The position numbers and the translations under genes are program-made. A DNA stretch of 63,946 nt, counting the filler, from Thelocarpon superellum (lineage: Eukaryota), in the NCBI GenBank assembly GCA_026025795.1. It is 3 parts of 3 records of this genome, joined end to end, with 100 filler letters (N's around TTAATTAATTAA, not from the genome) between each part and the next. Parts side by side here need not be neighbours in the genome. Positions count along the whole stretch, not along the records: positions 46,558 to 63,946 come from JAPEUG010000374.1; 2 more parts are not named here. One strand, written 5' to 3'. Each line of letters opens with the position of its first letter. Position 1 is the first letter of the stretch. Of this stretch, positions 51,207 to 61,326 are shown one piece after another. The notes beneath the pieces were generated by a model. It was not told the DNA's origin. It was given only the letters and a program-made list of their open reading frames with translations, and did no database searches.

Positions 51207-52731
51207 CTATCGCGCGGATCGCGTCCGCTTGCGAGGTCCAGCACCCTCCATCTCGCGCGCGAGCTCATCTTCGTCTCCGTCCGTATGAGTTCCCTCGGCT
51301 GCTTGCCCGCCCCCATTTCTCGCCGTCACTGCGGAACCCGTCGTCGCATGTCGCTTCTTCCCCTTGGTGCCATTGGCAACCCCACCATTGGGGATCGCGG
51401 GCTTGATGCGCGGCCATCCATCAAAGGTCGCCGTCTTGCCCTTTCGTGCGCCAGACCCCGAGCTGGAGGAGAGCGGGTGCGGGATGTCGACGGGTGAGAT
51501 GGGCGAGGTCGGATCCAACGCCTCGGGAGGTGCGAGCGGGGACGAGGCCTGAGGCGCGGCTTCGCTCGCATCCACGTCACGGCTGGCGGGAAGAGGCAAG
51601 ACGGCCGCGTCGTCGATGTCAGTGATGGCCTCTTCGTCCTCGTGCGTCGCCTCGACCTCAAGATCGCTGCAGTCATCCAGTCTCATCTCCTGCTGCCGTT
51701 TGGTGGGAAACAGAAGGCGCGGCTTGATGGACGAGCGGGTCATCGGCCGGGCCGAGGATAGATTAAGGCCGCGGTCTTGCTCATCCACCTCCAACCGTCC
51801 GTGATCGAGGTCCTTTTCCTCGTTGAATTTACGGTAGATCTTCTTGCCGCGGCTGGTCTCGTTAGCGTCCGTCTTCAGTCAAGGGTATTCAGGGGACGTA
51901 CAAGACGTATACCATGCCCTCATCGTGATTGATGGGTTGTTCGACTTCATCCTTGCTGTTGGCGTTGGCCTGGCGCTTACTCTTCCGTTTGACCGGCGTC
52001 GTGTGGGAGTCGTTGAATGGGTTGTCCATGCTAGGATCCACCTCTGGGACCCGGTCTTTGGAGTCGGTGAAAATGGCAATGTCCTGCTCGGCTTGGCCAT
52101 CGCCGCCCATCAGGCCGTCAAACGAGAGTTCGTGATGCTTCGTCGCTCGGCGCTTCTTGGGCGAGGGCATCGCCTCCTCGACCGTGTCGGGACGCGCGGG
52201 AAAAAGGATGCGTGCCGTGGACTTGACGGCGGAGGCCGGCTGGGCGCGGCGCTTCTGGGGCGTTTTGGCGGGGGTGGGGAGCATGCCCGGAATGGAATCC
52301 TGCGCCGACGTGTCTTCGACGGAGATGGACGGCGCCGTGTGGGAATCGACGGGAGAGATGCCGAGGGCGGCGGCAGCAAAGGCGGTGCTGTCCTCTGTCA
52401 ATCGACCTGACACCGTCCGCCGCGATGCCGCGTAGCCCTTGGGAAGAGATCGATGTTTCTTCTTGGGCGACGTGTGCACGGTCGGCGGAGGGGAGCAAGC
52501 GGAGTGGGAGTGGGCGGGTCGTGACGACGTGGCGTGCTTGGAAGTGGGTGGAGTGAGTGACGACGTGTTTGCGTCGTGCAACGAGTCCGGCGGTGGAGGG
52601 GTGGCGTGAAGTGCTCGCTGGCTTCGGGTGGATTTACGAGTTGGGTAGGGCTGATAGTTGTCGTGTTTGGCTCCGTGGTGAGGGGTCGGAGGGGTGCGGA
52701 TGGACGATGCCATCGGTGGAGTCGTCGCCAT
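51207..52731 (-). CDS. Putative Rum1/Sic1-type cyclin-dependent kinase inhibitor
   Basis: Many S/T-P sites; LPTPAKTPQKR, DNPF, EGMVYVF|RGKKIYRKF and SIKPRLLFP in the order I recall for S. pombe Rum1; intron 51901-51853. Confidence 0.75.
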
Positions 52732-53696
52732 GTTGACGCGGGCTGCGATGTGTTGGGGGCCCACGGCGAGGAAGGAGGAAGGAGGGAGGAGCGATGAGTC
52801 GATGTCCACCGGGGCCGACTCGCATTGAACGGCGGAACAATGGGCGATGGCCGTGTTACAGATCAACCAACGACGGGAGTCGGCGGTCGGTGTCGGTGTC
52901 GGTGTCGGTTTCAGTGTCAAGCGGAGGGTGGATCGTAGAGGTACGCACACCAGAGCCAGCAGTGCAAAGAGCGAAGTCAATCACGGTTGTGCCGAGCATA
53001 ATCAAGCGCCGCCGGTCGGAAACTGCACACTGGACGATGATGGAGTTGAGCCGAGCAGTTGGTCTGCCCTCTCGCCAGCCAGTCAGTCGAGCGTGTTGAG
53101 CCTGTCGAACCAATCCCGGTGGCTGGGGCTGGCATGAGTTCGCTCGGCAAGGGGGCGAGGCACGGGGAGGCTGATTTTACGAGCGGATGGCGGAAGTCAA
53201 TGCGCAAGCGAGTGGCGCGCGATTGGCACTGGTGGGACGAGCGGCACGAGTGGTCCTCTCCGTTGTCCGTACAATATTGTCCGCCATCTGTGCTCTCACC
53301 GGCTTACGAGGGCTCGTACACTGGGCGATGGTGGGATTCATGACTAATCACGAACGCACTGATCCGCCTTCTCGACACGGAGCAACCATGTGCGATTCCG
53401 GTGCATCAGTTGTTACACCATCGACACCTGACGTGGAAGCTGCTCATGCTAGATTCGTATTCAGATCTCTGACACGACTGTCCTCCGCGTTCATGGCGCG
53501 CTCGGGTGAGGAGACGTAGACGGCAGGATCTGGGGTTGAATATATTCTCCCGCGAGCCCCGTGGCGCACCTCACCCCCATCCCTGGTTTCTTCAAGATAG
53601 TGGTCGGCCGGGTGTCGCTGTAGATACAGGTGCGGGCAGGATGATGAATCCTCGTCCTCCAATTTAATCCTCATCGAACCTCGGTCCTCCTTTCCA

Positions 53697-55047
53697 ATGG
53701 TCAGGCTGGTCCTAGCCATCGTCGTCGCGCTACTATCCACCGCCGGTCAGGCCGCTCCCTCGCACGTGAGCCGGGGCTCAAGGCTCTTATCGGATCATGT
53801 CCGTGCCCCTGAGAGAGAGGCTGACCGTTGCAGTCGCGCTGATGACTCGCAGGGACTAGACGCCCGGCAACAAGCCACGGGGTCCGCCTCGGTCAACGCC
53901 ACCAAGGCGCCCGATGGGTGGTTCTACCGAGTGCCTGTCACCATCGGTGGCCAGAACTTCCTCCTCCAGCCGGACTCGGGCTCGACGAAAAGGTCGGTGC
54001 GCATGGATCATGTGCAAGTGATTAGGAGGGAGGAGTGTGCTGAGTGAAAGGATAGCTGGGTCTACAACACCCTCCTCCCCGCCAGCGACACCACCGGGCA
54101 CGATGTCTTTGATCCGTCGAAAAGCCCTTCCTTCTCCCAGACCGGGGTGGTGGCCACGTCCAACTACAGCTCGGGCGGATCGTACACGGGGGATGAAGCC
54201 CTGGTGCCGGTGCAAGTCGGCGACGTTACCATGCCCACGGCGGAGGTGGATCTTCCCACGCAGATGGTCGGCCTGGAGTCGACCGCTGGCATGGACGGCA
54301 CCTTTGGACTGTCTCCAGCCTCAACCCTGGGACAGTCGCTGATGCCGCAACTGAACCAATCGCTCTTCACCGCCGACCTCCGTCGCGACGGAGCGAGCCT
54401 CACGGGCACGTTGGATTTCGGCCTCGTCGACCCGACCAAGTTCACCGGCAGCCTGTCCAGTTTCGACGCCTCCCAGTTGAACTTCACCTGGCGGGGCACG
54501 TGCAGTAGCTTCACCGTTGGCCGGGTACCATCGAACAATGCTGGTAGCATCGCCTGCTCTTTCGGTACGTTGCTCGGGGAGGTGGACCGTTGTACCTCGT
54601 AGTGGAGGCCAAGGGCCCTGACGCCTCTCTCCTCTCTCATCTAGACACGGGATCGTCAGATATCGGGATGAGCAGCGATCTCTTCAGCTTCTATGCACAG
54701 ATGGTGCCGGGCGTGACCAGCAACAGCTCGGGCTATGTCCGACCCTGCAACGCCGCACCTCCTCCCGACCTCTCCATCACCATCGGGAATGGCGTCCAGG
54801 CCGTCGTTCCCGGAGGCATGACGGTGTGGCCACCCGATCCTGACGGTACGTTCCTCGTCACACTTGCGCGCGCGCCGTCCCCTGACGGTAAACAGACGGC
54901 AACTGCTATGGAGCGATGCAGGACTTGGGGGATACGGGGCCGTCAGAGATCATCTTTGGCCTTCCTTTCTTCTTCGCTCATTTTGTCGTCTTTGGTTGGG
55001 GTAACAAACAGGTGATGATCGGGCAAAAGGCCGTTGCGAGCGTGTAG
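53697..55047 (+). CDS. Secreted pepsin-like (A1) aspartic protease
   Basis: Signal peptide MVRLVLAIVVALLSTAGQA; VPVTIGGQNFLLQPDSGS; DGTFGL; LFTADL; GTLDFG; F|DTGSS; IFGLPFF..HFVVF; several introns. Confidence 0.88.
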
Positions 55048-55582
55048 GGTGTAGGGGGCGAGCAGTCCGTCCAAGGCCGATACGTAAGCGTCGGAGAAAT
55101 GGTACGAAATGAGCCTGTACGAGGACTCGTGTACCACAGGCTCAGCCTGGAAAGGTGGAATGGTTGGCAGGGCGTAGACGTAGAGCTATCGGACCTCCCC
55201 GACTGCCATCTCGCTGGTTAAAGCAGCACCAGACCAGCTGACGTTGGTGCTCGGCTTAGTAAGTGCAAGGGACATCAGAAAGCGGCGTCGAGACCACTGG
55301 AAGACGGAGGTCGATTGTACATCACCAACGCTCGGTTGAGTAGGGAGGACGAGTACGCCGTAGTGCGCGTCGTCAGAGCCGCGTCAAGAGCAACAGCAGA
55401 AGCACACAGCACCAAGCAACAGCTCGAGAATACAGCAACAAGCATCGCATCCCCCTCCCATCGGAACACGACCCGAATCTCCTCGCGATCAATCCAGCTG
55501 CGCTTCTCCTCGGCACGCAACTCCTCGCATCCTCCCTTCTTCCTGCACCCCAGCTCCCCCCACTCTTCCTTCCCAGTCCACC

Positions 55583-56585
55583 ATGCCTAACCCCGCCATA
55601 AGCCCTGACACGGCGCATCTGGACCTATCCAGCACCGACACCGACGATCTCTTTGCGTCGCCTTCGCGCCCGGCGCGGAAACGAGACCGAGACCGAGATC
55701 GCGAAGCACTCCACCGCGACAACGACCAGGACGACCTAGATGCGCACACGATCAGACCCGCGCGACTGGGCGAATCGCGATTCGAGTCCGAAGAGGCGCG
55801 TGAAGCCACGCTGCAGAAGGAGGTAGAGGGCGTGCGGAGCATCAACGAGGTGATTGATGGCGTCGTGGCTGGTTTGGAGCGCGCCAAGGGCAACATGGAT
55901 GTAAGTGGGCGGTTGATTCTCTTTCTTTCTTTTTCTTGACTTCCCCTGGTGGTGGGGATCAATCTCACCATCGGCATCGGCATCGTCCTCGTCAACCATA
56001 CCGTGTTCGTGCCCGATTTCTACCTGCTTTTCCCTCTGACACGCGCCCGCCCAGACAGTATCAAGGACGGTAACGTCGGCCTCGACGCTCCTCAACACCT
56101 GGATACGCATCCTGTCGCAAACGGAACACAACCAGCGTCTACTGCTCGACGCGTCATGGCAGGGCGCGACGCAAGACGTGGCGGATCTCGAGAACGAAAG
56201 CATCCTGAAGCAACAGGCGGCGGAGCGGCGCGAGCTGGAGGAGGTGCAGCGACGCGAGGCGCTTGCGGCGGCTGCGGCGGCGCGGAGGGCGCAGGAGGAG
56301 GACCGGCGACGCGTGGACGGTGGCGCGACGGGCACGGGGCGGGGCACGAGGGGCACACGGGGCACGAGGGGACGTGGGCGAGTGGGGGCCGGCCCAGCCG
56401 CGGCCGCGGGCGGCAGAGGCGTACCGGTGGTGAGCTCGGGCTATGGTCGTGGTGGATCTTATACGGCGCGCGGTGGTGGTGCGCCGTCGGGTATCGGAAG
56501 GGGCGTGACGCCTTCAAGGACGGCGAGTGGCATTGGGAGGGGTGGTGTTCCGGCTTCTACGGGGAGAGGGAGGGGCGTGCGGTGA
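55583..56585 (+). CDS. DUO1: DASH/Dam1 complex subunit Duo1
   Basis: REATLQKEVEGVRSINEVIDGVVAGLERAKGNMD|TVSRTVTSASTLLNTWIRILSQTEHNQRLLLD..WQG; RG-rich tail. Confidence 0.88.
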
Positions 56586-56959
56586 CATCAGACGACATGA
56601 TCACGAGGAACCACGGATGCACGAGACCACGTTGGGCTGATCTAGCGGCAGAGCGTGCTACCTACATGCTGGAGATGATGATCAGAGACGGATCCCCAGT
56701 GATGCAGATGTAGATGTAGGTGCACGCGCCATGTCTTTGCAGACAGGAGACAGGTAGGCCGGCGAAATTGCACACGCAAGCGCAAACGCAAGATGCGATG
56801 ACGCCATCGCCGTCACCGGGCGGCGTCACTGTCTGCATGAAAGTCCGCGATGCAAGAAGCTCTTCTTTTCCCGGCCATCCCAAACGCCGTGAAGGGGTCA
56901 TGATGGTCGCGATGCAATGCCACGGACGGATCAGGTCAAGGTCCCAATCGAGGTCAAGG

Positions 56960-59242
56960 TCAATGTCCCGATCGCTCCTTCATCACCTTCCGTCGCTCCT
57001 TTTCCTTGCCTGCGGCGGGAGGATTAGTCGAGGGACACAAAAAGAAAAGGGGAGGGGGGGTGGGGGGGACCGTACTTGCGTCGTAGACGAGAAACTCGTG
57101 CAGCGCCTTCCCGGCCGGGACCATGGGCAGCACCGGCACCTTCTTGTCGGTGATGACCTCGAGGAGGGCGGGTCCGTCCGTGGCCAGGAGCCAGGAAATT
57201 TTGTCCGTGACGTCGGCCGGGGCGACGCAGCGCTGAGCCTGCACGCCCATGGCCTCGGCCAGCTTGATAAAGTCCGGGTTCTTCTGGTGCGTGTGGGCGA
57301 AGCGGTCCTCGTAGAACAGGCTCTGCCACTGCGTCACCATGCCCTGCTCCTCGTTGTTGAGGATGATGATCTTGACGCCGATGTTGAACTGCGCCGCCGT
57401 CGACAGCTCCGTCAGTGTCATGTTGAAGGAGGCGTCGCCGTCCACGTCCACCACCAGCGCGTCGGGCCGTGCCACCTTGGCCCCAATGGCCGCCGGGAGC
57501 CCGAAGCCCATCGTGCCCAGCCCGCCCGAGGTGATCATCGTGCGCGGATGTCGCCACCGGAAGTGCTGCGCCGCCCACATCTGGTGCTGCCCGACCCCCG
57601 TCGTGATGATGGTCCGCTCCTTCTTGTCGGCCGTCTGCCGGCTGAGCTCCTCAATCACCGTCTGCGGCTTGATCAGCCCGTTGGACCCCTCCTTCTCGTA
57701 GGCGAAGGGGAAGCGCTGCTTCCAGTCTCGGATCTGCCCGAACCATTCCGGTCGCGACGGCGTCGACTCGACGTGCGGCAGCAGCAGCGCCAGATTCGCC
57801 GCCACGTCGCCCTCGACCGCCTCCGTCGCCTGCACCACCTTGTTGATGTTCTTGGGCATGATCTCAAAATGCACGATCCCGCCCCGGCCCTCCGCCGCCG
57901 CCGCCTTGGCCTGGGGCGCGAACTTGGCGACGTTGCCCGTCACCCGATCGTCGAAGCGCGCCCCGAGCGCGATGATCAGGTCGGCTTCCTGCATCGCCAG
58001 GTTGGCAAAGGCCGACCCGTGCATCCCCAGCATGTACAGCGACTTTTCGTCCAGCTCGTCAAACGCCCCGAGTCCCTGCACCGTCGTCGTCACGGGGATG
58101 CTGGCTCGATCGGCCAGCTCCTTGAGCAGCTGCGGGCCCTCGGGGAGGGCGATGAGCCCCTGTCCCACGTAGAGCACCGGCTTCTTCGCCTGGTTGATCA
58201 GCCCCGCCACGCGTCGGATGGCGCCATCCAACTGGCTCTTGCTCAGCTCGCGCGCCGCCAAGGTCGCCGCGCTCGGATGTGCCGGTAGCGTGCTCTGCAC
58301 GGGGATTGGCTTGCGCAGGATACTCGCTTGCACGTCCTTGGGGAGGTCGACCAGGACCGGCCCAGGCCGTCCGCTCGTGGCAATCTCAAAAGCCTCCGTG
58401 ATGCGCTTCGGCATCTCCGCCACGTTCTTGACCATGACGTTCCACTTGGTGCAGGCCCGCGAGATGCCAATCACGTCGGCTTCCTGGAAGGCGTCGGTGC
58501 CGATGGCCGTCGTGGGCACCTGGCCGCAGAACACCACGAGCGGCGTCCCGTCCGACAGCGCGTCTTGGATCGGGGTGATGACGTTCGTCGCCCCGGGCCC
58601 CGACGTCACCAGCACCACGCCGGCTTTTCCCGAGGCCCGCGCATAGCCTTCTGCCATGTGACCGGCGCCTTGTTCGTGTCGGGGTAGGATGAATTCAAAG
58701 TGCTTCGAGTTGTAGATGGCATCGAAAACCGGCAGGATGGCCCCCCCAGGGTACCCGACTGGTGCTCGGGGTCAGCATGCACGCCGGTGCTCGAGCGAGT
58801 GTATCCACGTACAGATATGTCGCACCCCCTGGCGCAGCATCATCTCGTGGAAGATCTCTCCTCCGCTCAAGCCCACGAAGCTCTCGTCCATCTCCGGCAT
58901 CCGCGACTGCTGCAGCGGCTGGACCTCATCGCGCCGCGCATCCTGATGGAACGACGGACTGGGCACTGGCCGTCGTTGTCTGCGATTCCTCCAAATCGTC
59001 AGTGACTCCTCGCATGAGGGGCACGCGACCCAGGGCCACTCGACTTACGGTGCCGGCGCCGTCACCGTACTCTGTTCTCTCCTGACATTTTCGGGAAGAT
59101 TGGGCTTGGGGGCCGCGGGTTTGATGCGTCGGTGAGGGCTGATGGCGGACGAGGCGGGGGAGCAAGAGAAGGACTGGAGGGTGGGGGGCGACCGCTGCAG
59201 GGCACCACGCACCGCTCTCGGCGCACATTGCAGACGTAACAT
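56960..59242 (-). CDS. ILV2: Acetolactate synthase catalytic subunit (mitochondrial)
   Basis: GYPGGAILPVFD, PRHEQGAGHMAEGYARASG, TSGPGATN, RFDDRVTG, TPP motif GDASFNMT...LNNEEQGMV; presequence MLRLQCAPRAVRG; three introns. Confidence 0.97.
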
Positions 59243-59459
59243 CGCGGCCAATCACGTCCAGAAGGCGCGGGCCCCGCGGAAGGACAAGAAGGACAAGATC
59301 GAGTGCACAGATCAGGCACAGTTCAGTCCTCAATGAGGGGATCAAAGGCCGAGGACGACGGTACGACAGGAGAGGCGGTGGCACGATTAAAGCCAACCGA
59401 CGTTTATCTGTGTCCGTCGTCTGGCACCTCGCGCGGTGATCCCCGTACTTTCTCCTCCG

Positions 59460-59466
59460 TGACTCA
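59460..59466. promoter_or_regulatory. Perfect Gcn4/CpcA site TGACTCA upstream of ILV2
   Basis: Located about 220 bp 5' of the ILV2 ATG; amino-acid biosynthesis genes are known cross-pathway-control targets. Confidence 0.5.
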
Positions 59467-59862
59467 ACAGCGGTCGCGGACCAAGGGAAAATGCAGCGTC
59501 AATAGAGCGTGACGGACCTTGACCGGTAGGCGAATCAAGAGACTTCGATTCGACTCGCTAGGTTATTATAGGCAGGGGATCTCACGCCGCCTGGTGGGCT
59601 CGGTGGAGGGCGGTCGGAGGGGTAGGGGCCGATCTCGGTCCTCGTCCGCCGCGCACGTGATTCAGGACACGTCCCGGGCGCTACCACTGTTGCAACGCTC
59701 GCGCGGTCAGGTAGGGAGGCCAGCAGCGATAGGCCCGTTAATTAACCGTAGAGTCACAGTCCCCGGGGCCTGAGCCGCTCCACTACTATGCTAGGTCACG
59801 TGGCAGGGCGGCGCCGCTACTACTGTTGCGTATTGGGGAATACAGTGTCGATAACATAGTAT

Positions 59863-59947
59863 TGTAGGAATCAGAGCTGAATTGCTAATCTACGCGTAGT
59901 CTGGGATAGGAGTGGGCACGTGACCAGATCACGTGTGCGCTCCTACA
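59863..59947 (-). mobile_element. Short TG...CA element (solo LTR or MITE-like), copy 2
   Basis: Reverse complement matches 47011-47100 apart from a small indel and a few substitutions; flanked by GTAT on both sides. Confidence 0.8.
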
Positions 59948-61326
59948 GTATCAAGCCTAACATAACTATTAAAAGTCTGCTTGGGTCTCCCCAAACTAAA
60001 CAGTCATACGGGAATCCCTAGAGCAGCATTTCCCACTGAGCTCTCCCATGGCCAGCCACTGATTATGTCATCTTCTAACAAGTACTTCCAAGTACGACCA
60101 TGATTGACTGGGTCGCGTAGCACTGCATCCATGGAACAAGCCGCATCAGCCAACCAATCGCATCCCATTCGATGGAGTGTGAGAAACACATGTTGCATGA
60201 TTGCCCCGCGACGATCGCACCTTGGTTGAGTCCTGGCAATGCCTCGGGTATCCAGGGATCGACGATATGAGAACCATGCAGAGGCTATCGAGGCCATTCA
60301 TGCATACCCCAGCTCGGTCGACACCCGTCCCATAAGGCTCTTGCCCAGCCCTTTTGGCTGCTAAGCCCCACGTCTTCCTTGGTCCATTGTCCGGATGGCA
60401 TCATCCAATTTCCGCTCGTCAAGCAGATCGTCCACAACGGCCTTGGCTCCGCGCCAAGGCCGTCGCCCCCATGCTCCACGTCATCGGCCTTCTCTGGTGT
60501 GATGACGTCCTTAGAGCTCGATACCCTGCTGCTCCCTAACACGAGACGTGGATGAAGGTTGGACGCGCCTGGCAAAGGCACACTCGACCAGTGCATCGCC
60601 TGACACATTGGCAATCATCATGATGTACCACGTCAATTGGTGGGCTCGTCACCATGGACCAGGAAGCCGCGTGGGTGAGTGAATGCACACCGGTGCATTT
60701 ACGCTTTTGACATGTCTAGGCACAACGCAGGACATGTGGAACTACTTCTCATGCAGCGGCCGCGACCGTTGACCGGATAAATGGCATGGTTCTGGGAAGA
60801 ACTTTGGATCGGCGGCCGTCATGCGGCTCTACTTCATGTTTGCTGTCTGTGGATGCCCTGGCTTGCCGAGCTCACATCCCTTCATGCAGACCGGATGGTC
60901 ATGGCCCCATCATGGGCCCAGCACTCTCTACCGTGCCCTCGACTCCACGACCACCGTGACGCCCGCCACGATGCCCACCACGACGTCGAAGGATTGCGGC
61001 TGCGTCGAGCGAGGAGCATACGCAATGCCGATGGCAGGGCTCTGCCATCGCGTCCGGACAACAGGGTCTGGTCAGCGTCGCGTGGATGACCGTCCTGAAT
61101 ATAAGGCACCGTGGACCGGGACTTGCTTTATCCACGGCCCAGGTGCTCTCGACCGTTTGCCTCCCACATTCTTTTGGAGGACTCGTGTCATTCGTCCCTT
61201 GTTTCTTGCGGTCTGTCGTTCTTCATTCACGCTCCTTTGCGGTGCTTGTGTCCTTGCGATTCCTTCTCGCCCCAGTCGTTCCTTTCCACTCGGTCACCCT
61301 GGCCTGATTCGCACCCAACTTCGAAG

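Noticed and set aside
56720..58288. 522-aa plus-strand ORF
   Set aside because: Antisense shadow of the GC3-rich ILV2 coding sequence; no independent motifs.
60004..60614. Two short minus-strand ORFs as a gene or transposon remnant
   Set aside because: No recognisable domain, codon bias or splice structure.
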